From: Takakia lepidozioides
Taxonomy: Eukaryota > Plantae > Bryophyta
Reading direction: 5' to 3'
Assembly (NCBI GenBank): GCA_030704615.1
Contig: CM060731.1
Coordinates: 64,852,001 to 64,916,000, forward strand
Length of the DNA: 64,000 bases
Made by a program: the position numbers and the translations under genes
Notes under the pieces: generated by a model
Databases searched by the model: none
What the model was told of the DNA's origin: nothing
What the model saw: only the letters and a program-made list of their open reading frames with translations
Part shown: positions 11,779 to 26,151 of the stretch, piece by piece
Layout of the letters: each line of letters begins with the position of its first letter
How positions within the stretch are numbered: position 1 is the first letter of the stretch

Positions 11779-13552
11779 GTGCTCTATTTACCATCTGAAG
11801 AAGAAAGCAACTGCAAATCAATCCTTCTGTAGGAGATACCAAGGCAGAGAGTCCTTAGAGATTTCCTGCAGAGCCAATAATTTCCCAATCAGAGGTAGGA
11901 GTAGGAAGATAAATATCCACCTTTTCATCTTTAGTCTCAGAATTGAGCACCCCATTGTGGAGAAGAGAGGACTTCCAAGGATCATCTGCATCTGATTTGA
12001 GTAATAGATGAGAACAAATAAGAGATCTGTGTTGTGCACTATCTGTGGACTAGGTCCCTTTCATGTGGACTGTCATCTCCTTATAGTGGTTCAATAAAAC
12101 CTTTTTGCCTTCGAAGAAGTGATGCAATTCTGTTCTTGGGTACTTCATGACGTGGCAGTGTCATGAGTGTTGAGGTGAATCACAACTTGCAACACGCCGT
12201 ACAGTGATTTCAGCATCTTGGGCCTCAGCATATAATTTGTGTCTTCTTTGTCTCCTTGCTTCCAGCTCCTTTTATCTCTCATAGCGACGGGGATGGCAGT
12301 GTGCTTCAGCGCTCCTCTGAGTGTGCTGCCAGAGGCCATCTCTGGTGGTGAACAGGTGGGAAGCCTTGTGTCATGCAGCAGATTTGAGGGCTCAGTTTTG
12401 TGCAGCTGAAATAAAAGTTCTCACTGGCTTGGCAATGCAACCAAGACCCTCTAGGATGGTTGACAGTCATGGGTGGGGAGGTGAATGGAGGTGCACACAA
12501 AGGTGTGATGTTCGTGAAGGCCTGGATGCAAGGCTTTTGATTTTCTGAGTTTTGTAACTGTGTTGTGGTCTACAAATGTGCCCAAATTACAAACCTTGCT
12601 AAGTGGAGATGCAATGCACACCAGTATGGTAGCCTTCACAAAAAATGGTACCAGCAAGAGTCCACACCTGTGCTTTAGGCTTTAGGCTATGAATTGCTCA
12701 CAGCTTGTCTCTTTATTGTTTTTCTGTCATAGCCTGACAAAAAACAAGTTACTCTGGTCACTGCTTTCTCAACTACATTTTTAATAATTTAATCACACCA
12801 AGCAGATTGTGCCTTTCCATCTTTCACTTATACGCAGGTAGCCTCTTCTTGGCAGCCAGTGACACCCAAGGTCGTGCTTTATGTTGTGTTTGATCCAGTA
12901 TCGTTGGACATCAGGCTTGTCCCATGATCGAAAACTGATGATTCAACGGACAAGTGCAAAATTCTTGTATTTTGCCAGTTCAGATGTTGGCTGGTATAAT
13001 TTGATTGCTTGTACTAAGAGCTCCTAAAATCCACCCATTGAAATTCTAGGATGCAAGATCCAGAAATACCTGGGGTCTAGTTTAGATTCATGTTTCCCAT
13101 CCCTGTCTGCCGGAGCACAGGCATCAATGAACCATGCACAACACTTTTCACCATTTGCAACTTTTGGCAATGTTCAGTTTCTGAACTTCAACACGAGTTT
13201 ATGTTTTCACCATGGAGTGGGTGTCTGTTGAAGTTTTCACACTTTTATCAACAGCCAGAACCGGAATGTCACTACACCATCACTCTTCAATGCTTGTGAG
13301 TCTATGGCCACAAGGCTACAGCAAACAGCATCTTACTGAGTACACTCTTTGATGCTTGTGTAATGGCGAGTGATAAGCAAAATTTTCCTGTCTTGGGTTT
13401 TGGCCAAGTGTACACAAATGTTGGAGGTTACAAGCATTGGCTTGTATCACAGCTCAATACTTCCCACCATTTCCTGGCGCTCTCCCTACACCACTTTTTC
13501 TGTCCTCCCCTTGTCAGAGCTTTAATCAGACAGAGTCACCTCAAAGAATATG

Positions 13553-16500
13553 CTAAGAGCACGGGCATAGACGGCGTGTATATGGATGTGATCCTTGACA
13601 AGACAGGAGGCTAGCCTCTGTACTGAACAAGCATGCTCCTGGATGCTGCCAATCCAATCAAGCACAAGTTTCGCATCAGAAAAAAGTCATTATCTACATA
13701 AACATTCCTCAGTTCGAAATAAATTTGTGCAAGACCAGGGGCAGAGTCAGGCGCACCAGATGTCGAGGAGCTGTGCTGACCACCTCTGCCGGTTGGTCCG
13801 CCCCAAGGCTTGCTACACATAACCCTGTACACCTCATATACTTCCGCAACCTGCAGCCCCACATACACATTCTGATAACTACCTGTCCGTGCATCGTTCG
13901 ACCAGGCCCTGGACACAGAATCAATCTCCCTAGTTGAGGGATCAGTCGGACCATAAACAACTAAAATGCTGTGTAAATAGGTGAAATAGAGAATCTTTGA
14001 GCCCATCTTGTCAAGGAGAGGGACAGTATTCCTGAAAGAATTTCCGTATTGCAGTTTCTTGGAAGGCAGCAAAAAGTGCAAAGCAGTGCGGTGGAAACTC
14101 CAAAGGATATATACCCCTCTTATCTCCAGCCCCTAGATCTGATTGCACCTCAACAAGCTTTGAAACATGAAGTGGAGAGTGGAATATCAGACATAAAATG
14201 AGTACAGCCTGGATTGTAAAGCAGCTTTACAGAGACTAATTGCCACGTTGTAATGTGTGCTGCATTATGGGAAACATTGTGTGAAAGTGAACACTTGGGT
14301 TCTTATCCTACATCGTTCAGAGCATTGCCACCAACAGAGTGCGATTTCGATTCCTACAACAAGAAAAGAGGAAGGACACAAGACTTACGACCAGCTCATT
14401 GACATGGCAATTCACACCTTGAGCTGGGGTAGGTAGTTCAACAGAGTAGGTTCTCACACTAGTATGTTGGTTGGTTACCAGTACACTCATCTTCAAAACC
14501 ACAATGAGCCTTGTAATGACATTCATAATGAGCTGTGCTTTTGAGCATAGATAAGTACTTGGAACATGGTAGGGGAGGGCTGCATACTCTGCACATGTAT
14601 TGATCGTTGAGAGCTTATCCGCTTTGCAGGAGAGACGACTTCCCTTGCAAGCCCCATCACAAGATTGGCCCTGCCTGCACATACAAGATGAGTTGCCTGT
14701 CAATAGCAGGACCAACTGATCTGCACATTCAACAAGCACCACTGTCTTGGAAAGCAAGATGTCACCCACCTGCCAACAATAATTGACACATCTGCCAACT
14801 TTGTCTTGCCACCTGTCTCCCCTGATTCCACTGCCACACAGAATGAAGCCAGTAATTAGACAAGGAACTTCCTAAATCGCCTCCAACGTCAAATGCAAAC
14901 TTATTGAACAACTGAGCATGGGAAAGTGACAAAAAGCAGGGAGGCTTGAAGCAAACCAGATGCATTCAGTTGCAGGGAGAAGCAATGATGCTCTTCACTT
15001 GCATATGCATTTTCATGCACCTGTGACACACACATAGCACCATGAGCATTCAAACTCTTAGCTGCAAAGTGCAAGCTACAAACTAGAAGAAAGGACCAAA
15101 TTCTCCCAAAAACAAACGTACCACACTCTCAGAATTATGACGGCAGCGACCTGAACAGTAGTCAAACAAACCGGTACATGTACCTGTCCATGTAACATCC
15201 AGATTTAGTGCCATACTCTATACCTTGGTCAGAAGTGATTGGACAACTTTCAGAGAACCAATCCGCAATTATGGAAGCAGGCAGGGATTTCATACATACC
15301 AGCAGTTGCCTGCCTGGCAACTTTCGTCTTCAGAGCAACCTCCACTGCCGTCTGAATACAATCATAAATGATCATATAAGAACACTCAGTGCTAGTCATC
15401 AGACCAGAGAAAAAGTAGGACATGGAAAGAAAGGCAAAAAGGACGCACTCGAGTTGGGTCCATGCAGCATGCAACGCAATATTCATACGAGTTGCAGCAT
15501 TGAGATGTCAGATTGCAACCCCTGCCACAAATTCTTCCATTAGTGTTGTTGTGTAAGGCATGCCTGCAGCTGCGAAGGCTTTACACTGTGGACAGGAAAA
15601 CCATGGAGAATTTGCCATCCAGGTCAATTTTCACTACTAAAAGCAGCCAACAGTGGATAACACTACTAAATCAACTATCTACTTTCACTAGGAAGATGAA
15701 AGAAAATAGTGTTCGCGAAATAATGCAGGGTCTGGCTATAACTCTAACAGCAGTCCCCTTAAGATGCTTACCTGCAAGAAAATTGCTCACCAGCTTCAGG
15801 ACAGCAAGCTGTAGTCGGATCAACCGCCATAATGCTGCACACATATCCTAATCCCAATGGCCAAGACAAGTCTGTCAAGTTCATCAAATGTATGTCAGGT
15901 CCACAATGACACGGTCAGGCAGAACTCTGCAATAGGTCATAGAAGGCAAAGCACACCAAAGTCCCCCGGTGTATATGCTCTTGGAATCTAGGAAAAGTTC
16001 TTGGAGTGAAAGGCTGACTAAACCTACCTCTGCTGTCTGACAATAAAGCCCGCCCTTGAACTGTGTTATTGCACAGAGTGATGTCATTGCGGAATGTCGC
16101 ACCAGAGGACCTCTTTGAATCTCTGGTCACATACACGAACAATTTACATCCATTAAAGAACCTCACCTTCAAAATCCCCTATCACCTCCCCTCTCTCTGT
16201 TCCACAATTCAGCTAAGCAGAGGGGATTGGAATGTCATTGGTCTGGAAGTCACGGCGTATATAGACACGAAGAGTGCCCCAAACGCGCCCCGTGACATGT
16301 CTTCATCTGGTAACACTTGTAGGACAGCCACGAGACACCGCCGGTCTCTAGGATGAGCATCTCATAGTCCACACAACGGGACCATTGGCATTGGCAATGT
16401 TCAAACTCCGTACTGGAAGGATAGCTGCCATGGGTACAAAGAGAGACCGATACACTCCAAGCACCACCAATTTCACAGAAAAACACTGACGACAAGAATG

Positions 16501-17144
16501 AAGATCAATTACAAATTCGAAACCTGGATAGCAACCAATTCAGCACCAATTCAACCAGGTTAATCAGGAAATCGGAAGAACACACATGACGAGGTAATTC
16601 GATCCACCTACAAACACACCCTGATTGATTCCTTCACACTTGACACAGCCACCAAAAAATGGTGGGTCTGATGAGAAACAATCAGTCCTATCCACCTGGG
16701 CAGTGGAGAGTGAGAATGTACTCATAAGACGTTGTTTGCCGTAGCCTTGGAGAGTGAGAATGTAAAAGGGGGAGAGAATTCTGGAAGAAGAACCTCCAAA
16801 ATGGGTGGAAACACTCAAAGTACCAGCAATTTCCACAAAACCACGCACAAGCAGGAGAATCTGTCCTGAAATCAGCAAATCAAGAGGAACCAGCACAGGA
16901 AGACAGAATTCAGTGTGCTAAAGTTAAGCGCTTACAAAACGAAGGGAATGCATGAGCAAAGCGAGGGCCACAGCAGCAGCAGCAGCAGCATATGCCCTCC
17001 CGCCATAGCCGAAAGATTCAAGCGCACATTTCTCTCAAGAGTCCAAAGACCGTCGACGCCTTCGTCGTCTTCTTCGTCTCTCTCCCAATGTAACGATCCA
17101 CCAAAGCAGCAAGAGGACGTGGGTTCAAACTCAGCGACTCTCAT
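13553..17144 (-). CDS. SPRING1: SREBP regulating gene protein homolog (UPF0454/C12orf49 family), Cys-rich secretory-pathway protein
   Basis: About 11 small exons: hydrophobic LLLLLLWPSLC; CNNTVQGRALLSDSRGYVC; CCP..GEQFSCRGCNLTSQCCNSYEYCVACC; FDYCSGRCRHNSESVVHENAY; QGQSCDGAC; GADQPAEVV; SCQGSHPYTRRLCPCS*. Start at 17144 or 17006. Confidence 0.88.
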
Positions 17145-17344
17145 ATCCTACTGCCCCCGATTTACAATCTTATTAGTTTCTCGCAGGTAAAACAATTACG
17201 AAAAAGTGGGTGCATGGATAGATAGAGACAGTAGTCATGAATGAATTTATGGGTAACCTATCATCCATCCATGAGATTGCTTTTCTCGTCGGCAAGACTT
17301 GACACGAATGTCGCGCCGCAATGAAGGCCCTCTGCGACAATTCT

Positions 17345-18040
17345 GCGCAGATATGCGCCGTTCTAACATCACTCGCGGACGATTCTGCGAGTCACAACTC
17401 AGATTTCATTTAGAAAGTACGAAACACAATTACCCTAGTGGGATAGCCAGTTAGGAACTTGCCTGCCTAATAATTATTTTTGGGGCCATACTTTTGAGAA
17501 AATTTCTTAAATTAGGCATCTTGGATGTGTAATTTTTTCGAATTAGGCAACTAAAAATAATTATCACAAAATGAAAGCACAAAAATATGAAAACTCAGCC
17601 GCTGCCATGGATGAAAATTGAAAACTGAGTCCATGGATGACGTTTTAAATGAATATCATTTTTAGATTTGTTTTCCTAATTTAAATTCAAGTTTTTATAC
17701 CATAGTTACTTTTAGAGAAACTTTCTTAAATTAGGCACTCTTGTCAAAAATAATTTATTGGCACTTTTTTTTCGAAATCTGCCTAACCGGCTATCCCACT
17801 ACGGTACGCGGGCTTGTCAGACGCATTCCGAGCAGAGGGAAGACGATTCTGTGGTAGAATGGTCGTCCTGTATCCAATCCATGAGCTTGCGCAGATATGC
17901 GCCGTTCTGACATGACTCGCGGACGATTCTGCGAGTCACAACTCAGATTTCATTTAGAAAGTACGAAATACAATTACGCGGGCTTCACGCATTCCGAGAG
18001 CGGGAAGACGATTCTGTGGTAGAATGGTCGTCCTGTATCC
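17345..18040. repeat. ~160-bp tandem duplication in the divergent promoter between SPRING1-like and TBC genes
   Basis: 17345-17432 plus 17805-17875 match 17889-18040. The first copy is split by a MITE. Confidence 0.9.
17433..17804. mobile_element. Tc1/mariner-type MITE (372 bp)
   Basis: TIRs CCCTAGTGGGATAGCCAGTTAGG and CCTAACCGGCTATCCCACTACGG. TA TSD at 17431-32 and 17805-06. Empty site (CAATTACGCGGG) in the duplicate at ~17971. Confidence 0.92.
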
Positions 18041-18232
18041 CAGTTGGTGGGGAGAGTGTCAGGCCTTGCACGTTGAGACCTTGCGTCTCAGAATTTGCTA
18101 TGGAGTGCACAGACAGCGCTCGCTGGATGCGTGCATGCTTGGATGCTGGTATGCAGCGTTGAATGCATTCTTGGTTTGTGCTTGTGTGCGTGATGCGGCG
18201 GTGGGCTGAAGGGATGTGAGAGCAGTGCAAGT

Positions 18233-21200
18233 ATGACGAGGGGCAGCAAGCAGGAGAAGGCGAGGCCGCACTCAGAGTTGAGCCGGTACCGAAGTTGTGT
18301 TTGCTGCATTGTGTAGCGGTGTGGTGGTCCTTGATGTGCAGCTGATGTATGTTGCATGCGTGATTGAAGCAAGATTTGTATGCGTCTTTGTATGTGGCTG
18401 GCTGGCCCGCAGAGCCTGATGGTAAGTAGGTCGGTTGGTCTGTGTGATATGGCCAGGGATGTGTATGGATTCACAGTGCGGCCTCAGCATTTGAGACGCT
18501 ATCTTGAGCATGCCAACATCTACAAGGTATCAGATCACCCCGGTTTATGATAGTTGTGATTTGTCATCCTCTGTTGATGATTGGACGAGAGTGCGGAGAT
18601 TATTGTAAAGGGTGGCTTTTTCCATGTGTTCAGGAGGAAGAGGCAGAGAGGTCAGAGCGATGGGAGCATTTTCTAAGGACGCACAGTAAGTCTGAGGTCG
18701 AGGAAGCTCAGGTTGTGGGCAGCATTGCCTCTGAAGGAAGCTTTGAAGGGGGATTCACAGCTAGAGCAGACAGTGAGCAAGCAGGTGGAGCTGGAATAGC
18801 AGAGAAGGGATCCGTCGGAGTTCCGACGTGGGGCCAGCTACCTAGTTCACTCTGGGCTGTAGAGCAAGCCCTCAGGAGACGCAGGAAGTCTCTGGTCTCT
18901 GTAGCTCACGGGACCAATGGCCTCTATGAACCTGCACCGAGCAGAAGTGGGAAGGAAGAGGTGGCGCCATCAGAGGCAAATGATGATGGAGGCAGAGCAT
19001 CCGGACAATTGTCATCTGAGTTGGAGGCAGACTTTGCTGGTGTTGGCGACGGGAGTATTGGGAAGGGTGAGAGTCCAAGTAGAGTCAGTACTAAAGGGGA
19101 TGAGGACGAGTCAGAGGAGGAATTTTACGATGCAGAGAGGTCGGATGTGGTGCAAGATGGAGCTGATCCTGGACTGATCGAGAAGACGAGAAGTGAAGGA
19201 CAGGATTTGTGCACATGGGAAGAGCAACTGCAATTTCTTGTGCGTGGGGGTGTTCCAATGGCCTTTAGGGGACAGGTATGATCTTGGAATCTTAGATTAT
19301 TCGAGCTAGAAGGCGAGTTCTTGGCCATTGTGGCAATCTGCACTCCACAGAAGGTATTGATTTCTTAGACATGGCCAGCGATCACTTCACATCCTGAGTG
19401 GTCCCCTGCTTGTAGTCAAGGGTTTGTTGGTAGGTGGTCACTGTCTGTTGACAGTTGGTGTGGGCAGCAGCTATGGCAGGTATTTGTCGGTGCGAATGAC
19501 CGGAGGGTGGATGGCCATTACCATGCGCTCCTCACACTCTTAGCAGATGGCGGAGGAAAGGGTAATGGCGTGGGGAGCCTGTCTGGCAGCAGCAGCACTA
19601 ATTACAAAGCTTCAAGTGTCAAAATCCTAGAAAAATGGACCAGCCAGATTGAGAAGGTATAGATGCTCACTTATCTCATGAGAGCCTTGCATGATTGTTT
19701 TGCCACTGGGAAGTGCACTAGTGAACCTCAGTATTTTGGGGCGAGGCTGCATCTGTTTGCCATTCGTGCCCTTGATCACGTTGTCGACCCATAGACTCAT
19801 CATGAACTATATCTTATGGCAACTCTTTGAACTTAGTTGTCTCTAAATGTAGTGCAGGATCTCCCCAGGACATTTCCAGGGCACCCAGCGCTTGATGAGG
19901 ATGGACGAAATACATTACGGCGCTTACTAACAGCCTATGCCCGCCACAACCCTTCAGTAGGGTATTGTCAGGTACCTCTGCTGGAAAATTTGCTGCCTAC
20001 TTTCAACTTTTGTTCCTGCTTCACAAGGGGCGTGCACTCAAATCTGCCTTTGCAGAACTAGCAGTAGCCAAAGTAGGTCCCCATTCTTTTTCCCACATAG
20101 CCTGTTGTTGAAGTCTGACGCTGAGCCTGTCACTGAGGGAAGGTCCCCTTTGGAGAGGTAGTACAGAGGAGTGACAGTTGTGAGGTTTAGAGATATGTAC
20201 GCTGTGTTTTTGGCAAATTCCTTTCGTAATTGATTTTTGTGCTGGCGCTCTTCTCGGCAGGCAATGAATTTTCTTGCGGCTCTTCTGCTGCTCCATATGC
20301 CAGAGGAGAATGCTTTCTGGTGAGGCACATTCTGTAACTTTTTTGTAATGCTAATCTTACCTCAAAAGTAATTGTATGTTGCACAAAAATAAGGGAGGAC
20401 CAGCTGTTGTTGGCTTGTAGTGTTTGAAGAGTTCTTACTCGTCTTGAAGTCAAACTCTGTATGGAATCTGGTTGATGCAGGACTTTGACAGCAATCATGG
20501 ATGACTACTTTGAAGGGTACTACTCGGAGAAGATGGTGGAAGCACAGGTTGGTCTGACTATCCAGTTTGCTTCACTCTGGGTGCACCTAGATGCAACTTG
20601 TGTAGTATTCGCTTATCATGGCCCAGGCTTTGGTGTTCTTAGGTTGTTGTGTTTACGAACATTTAAGTCAGTCAATGTCACCACTCTGGCAGTAACAGTG
20701 AACCTTGTCAGCAGGTGGACCAGCTGGTGTTTGAGCAATTGATACGCGAGCGCTTCCCAAGACTAGGTGAGTCATCTAACTGGCATGTATCATGCACTTT
20801 CACGAAAGAATTCATCGTCTTCACACTTCCATGGGATACAAGGTGGCTGATGTATGAGTGGGTGTGGCAGTGACACATTTGGACAGTTTGGGAGTTCAGG
20901 TGGGATGGATCAGCGGCCCTTGGTTCCTCTCAATTTTTGTGAATGTCCTTCCTTGGGAGAGTGGTGCGTATTATTCCCGAAGTCATTTTCAGCCCTCTGC
21001 ATGAGTGTGTTGTCAAGCCTATGTCCTACCTTAATGCCATTTCACTGGATGATCATGGGATTGCTATAAGGTGGGGAAAAGAGAAGTTCAGATCACATAT
21101 CTGACAGGGCCCTGGTACTTTCGTGAATGCCACTTGGCAAATCAGTCATTATCATAATCCGGTGAGGTCTCTTTCTGCAATGGTGGGGTCCAAACATGCA

Positions 21201-24200
21201 ACCAGAACATCACAATATCTGCCTGCTCTACGGGTGAGCTCCTAGGATTGCATCCCCTGACATGCAACTGGTTCCTCCTTGTGGACAGGCCGAGAGATGC
21301 ACAACATAGTAGGATGAGCTTAGAGTATTCATGGTGGTGGATTCTGTATTGCTGGAAACATTCTTCCAGTAAGTAAATGCCAGACACAGACTAGTGGAGT
21401 AACATGAAATTTTTTGTGGAAGCAAATGGCTTGAAGTACCAAGAAGACAATTATGGGTTTGGCCTTGGAAGGTCATGATGTGGGAGCTGGCTGGGTGGCA
21501 GTGTTAAGGGTGTGGGATGTGCTCTTGTACGAAGGGAATCGCTGCATGCTTTTCAGAACTGCTCTGGCTCTTATGGAGATCCATTGTACTTCCCCAAAAC
21601 CTGCTTATCTTGACTCTGTGTTTTTGTGCTGCTTCTTTGTATTTTGTATACCTTGTCATGAGTTGTTGATGGAGTTGCCAACAAGTTAGGAGGATGGGTG
21701 ATTGCAGCAGGATCGTTGATGCTGCAACGAGATGGTGGGGATGCTGTGTCACTGCTCCAGTCAATGGCTGGGGCTACATTTGACAGCAGTCAGCTGGTGC
21801 TGACTGCATGCCTAGGGTACCAGGATGTTGATGAGGCTCGCTTGCTATCACTGCGTTCTCACCACCGCCCTTCTGTGCTTGCTGCACTTCATGAGCGGTC
21901 TTTGGAACTTCATCTTTGGCGTGCCTCAAATGGACTTACATCCAACAATGGCTCTACTACTGAAATAGCTGGCAGTGGCGTAATTCCGAAGAGTGTGGCG
22001 ATTGGTGGGCATGAAAAGCCAGGCATGGAGATCCATGTCTCTAGACCCAGAGCAGTGGATGATGTAGCAGTTGGAGATGAGTCATTGGTAGAAACAACCC
22101 CACTAAGTGATATATTGGATAATGAAGATGAAGCTGAAAGTGGTGACCTCCAGGAACAGGTAATTACTTTTAAGAGCTTTTATCTGGCCCCATTTTAACT
22201 TGGTTATTTTTCTGTATCATTGATGGTGAAGAAGACTGCATATTTGTGTTTCTCCATGTCATATTAGCTGGCTAAGAGTCATTGATGCCTTTCTGTTGAT
22301 GTTTGTAACAGTAACTCTGCACGCTTTGAGTCGACTTATTGTTGGGGCCTTGTAGAATAGGATGGAATTAACAGGTTGCAGGCTCTAGTATCATTGAAGT
22401 TGATCTTGGGGTATTTTTGGGTTGAATTTGGTACACTCTGTGGGAGACTACAAAGACATGCACAGATTCTATGTTCAACAAAATGAGCAGACGTGTTCTC
22501 ACGTCCATGTTCTCTTCACAAGGTGGACAAGCCAATATTGGAACCTCATTACGGTGTAACGGTCAATTTCACATGCATAGTCACGGCACTGAACAGCACT
22601 ATATCATAAATTCTACCCTCTGTGCTATTTGCCACTTCTAACATGGTTCATCCATGTGATATTCAGGTCGCATGGTTGAAAGTGGAGCTTTGCCGTGCTC
22701 TCGAGGATAGGAAAGCAGCTACAGTCAGGTATTATGAAATTCTGAGTGTTTGAATGGGATACCTGGAGGATGTGTTATTACCAATTTCCTTTGGTGCTGT
22801 ATGATTGAAATGTGAACTTGTTGACAGGGCTGAAGAATTGGAAACAGCTCTGATGGAGATGGTGAGGGAGGATAATCGCCGCCTGCTCTCTGCACAGGTT
22901 TTCTCTCCTTAACTGTTTGTCCTCTTGTTTGCCTCACTGAACTTACGGTGATCTCGCTTGTCAAATGAGGAATGGAGCTCGCTTGATTCTCTTGGCATGC
23001 TGGGATACGGTGCATACTTTGCTTAGCTGGTCAACTGCACACAAACAGTGGGAAGATCTAATGTCGTTTTCAGCCCTTGAATGCCACTATCTGTCCTGAG
23101 GTCGCCCTACTTCACTTGGCACAAAGAGTTTGTTGGATGGAGCCTCTTCAGGTTCTTCAGAATGTCATGTTCTTGTTGCTCCTACATTTTTTGTAAGCAC
23201 TCCTTTGAAACCTTCGAGTTGGACTGGCCTGGATAGAAGTGGGCTCCTGGTGATTCCAATTAGTGAATAATTCCACTTCTTCTATAAATTAGATACTTGC
23301 CTTTGATTAGTGTACTACCAAGGGTATTTAACAGTCCTGTAGGTCACTGGATCTGTGGGTTGGCAAACTTTCTCCATAGGCTGGTGTTTCCCTGGGAAGG
23401 ATAAATGCAATTCCATTTCGGACACCTCCTCCTGCAGTTGTGAGGTGCAGATATGCATCAGACAATGCATGCTTTTTTGTCGCTGTTTTCTTTGATGCTT
23501 GTCATTCAGTTTTCCACTCCATTCAGTTATGTAGAATTTGGAAACCCACCCCCATATTGGATACTCGGGAAAAGCAACAATCGTCTGTGGTAGATATTGT
23601 CAAAAACCCTCCATTGTTTTGGAACCTATTGATTTCCACTGTAGCCTGGTCAGAGTAATATCTTTTTGTTGACCAGCAACACCCTTGCTATCCGTGGTGA
23701 TTTTTGAGACAGTTGGAGAAACTGAAGGCTGAAGTGGCTGCACTGAGGCAGGCCTTGTCTGAAAAGCAAGAGCAAGAGCAAGCCATGGTGCAGGTGGTTA
23801 CTCTTCCTCTCATTATCAAATAGCTCCGTTGGGTCTGCAAAGTGTAGGGTGAACAGATGTATGTTCAGGGTTCTCTTTAAGAGGCTAAGAACCAATGCAA
23901 GTTTGACCTAGGCAGAAAGAGCCTTGCCAGGTTCTACCAAAAAATAAAACCAAGGGACGACAGCTCCAAAAATGGTAGTCATCTCCTTGTCAGGTTTCGT
24001 CTCATGTTTCTGTATGCTTGTCATACTTCTGCCTGAACCACATCATTCTTAGTAGAGCCAATTCATTCCCTACTGCTGGAGCTTCAGGTTATGAGGGTCC
24101 ATAGTCTAAATGAGATAAGTTGTTACCAGTTGTTGTCCTGTAGGTCAGGGTTAGCTTGACATTTTTACTTTAGGGTCTTGGTTTCTACCTATATGTTGCT

Positions 24201-26151
24201 GGTGTCATGTCACTAACCTTTTTGGATGGCCATGGTAGGTGGTGGTACGGATGGAGCAGGAGCAGCACATTGCTGAGGATGCGCGCCGCCTAGCAGAGCA
24301 GGATGCTGCAGCACAACACCATGCAGTTGATATCATACAGGTTACCGTCATCCCCGGTCTTATGTCTCCAATAGTGTCTTTCTCAGCTTGGTCTTACTGT
24401 ACATGACAAGTCTTAGGCTAATGGTTGACTAGGTCATAACATGGAGTGATGTTGGGAGACGATGTGTTAATCTACAGCAATAATTCGGGGTTTTATTCAG
24501 GGTTCTGGTACAAGAGCAAAGCCTGATGGGACAATTCATCTGTGTGATTTTGGTTAAGGACATACTAATTGCAAGGTGCTCTTCACTTTTGCATTAAAGA
24601 GGGACTGTGGCTTGGTGCAGGAGAAGTATGAGCAGGCTGCAGGTGCACTGGGAGCAATGGAAAAGAGAGCGGTGATGGCAGAGACCATGCTGGAAGCTAC
24701 ATTGCACTTTCAAGCAAGTGTTGGTAATGTTCCCCAGGCTGCCATTCGGCGTGGCTTAGAGTCTTCTCAGGAAGGCAACGGGCCCAAGGGCATTGCCCGG
24801 TCCCATAGTTCTCCCACCAAGTACTCCCTCTTTCCTTTAATTAGATTAAACTACTTCACTCTCATGGTGTATTGAGGGGCCCTTACAATTTTCAAGATAG
24901 GCCTCTCTTTTGAAACAGAAAATTTAGCACCTTCTCTTGACCGAGCGGGGCTCACCATGCGATGCCTTCGTCATCTGTGCTGGATTGCTTAAATTATTGA
25001 GATGACATATTGGCCTCCTCTTGGCAGCCAGTGCAGCTAATGGCTTATTTTTCTTCCAATCCACTTTGCAGTGATCCCTCGATTTTCTTTCTCAGTCATG
25101 TAGAGTGCTTTATAAGGAAGGGTAGGGGTTTCCGGTTTAAGGTCACACTATATATTCTCAGTGGATATTAAATATCCTATGAGATGTCATAACATGGCTT
25201 GCTTGGTTATTTTGGATGAAATTGATTACTAACATGGTTAATTCAGGTTGATTGATCACTAACTTTGCTGACTGGAAGTTTTTCAAGTCTGTCGACACTT
25301 TCACCTGTCGATTCATGCCATAGCTTGCCACATCTGATCAAAGATTTCATACATCCAGACCTTTAGGCTATTACAACCAGCATGATCATCTCAATATGCA
25401 CGTTTACTGTCTTAACATAATCGGCACATCTGTGATAAACACCCTTCACAATGCTGGGTGGTGCTGGAAAGGCATACTGAGCTTGCCATTATGCTTTCGC
25501 CATCACGTACCCTGGGATGACTTTCAGTAGCTGCAAGGCTATTCTAGGCCAAGGCTTCTAATTGATAGACTGGAATGGTTACTGGTTTGAATAATGGGGA
25601 GCAGGCCACATATGTTATTATGTTCATTTATTCAGACTATTAGTCCGTTTGAAATGTAAGGTTGCAAAGCTACAAGCAACAACCGAATCATTTGTGGTCC
25701 TCTTTGTGAAGGTCAAGAAGGCAGGATGCTGACACAGCAGGGGTGAGAAGGGGGACTGCAGGAAAGATGGAGGCATTAGGAATGCTGCCCAAGCTGAGTA
25801 ATGGAAGTTTTTTCTCTGATGAGTCAGATGCACGTAGGCCAAGCATCTTTTCTCGTCCTTTCTCATTGAGTTGGCGAGATAGAGTCAAGGTATGGCTGTC
25901 ATTCTGGTTACTGGTGACATTTGCTCTTGGCCTTTGGTTGTGCTATCCTTTTTGGAAGTGGTGTGGCACTGACAATATTGGGGGAACAGGGACGCCTGGA
26001 AACCACAGACAGAGCTACAAACAACTTGCTGCCAGGGGATGCTGCTGCTCCTGTACCTGCGCCTGTACCAATACCCTCGACCTCACCATCTTTTCAAGAG
26101 CAGGTCAATGGTCTTCCAGAAGCACCAATCACAAATGTTTTTGAGGAGTGA
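18233..26151 (+). CDS. TBC-domain Ypt/Rab GTPase-activating protein with C-terminal coiled coil
   Basis: Spliced RDVYGFTVRPQH, GGVPMAFRGQLWQ, QIEKDLPRTFPGHP (R finger), SVGYCQAMNF (Q finger), EENAFW, VLRVWDVLLYEG, coiled-coil exons and KRAVMAETMLEATL. Stop at 26149-26151. Confidence 0.92.

Noticed and set aside
16932-17006. Signal peptide + IPFVL suggested palmitoyl-protein thioesterase
   Set aside because: The downstream exons spell the SPRING1/UPF0454 Cys pattern instead.
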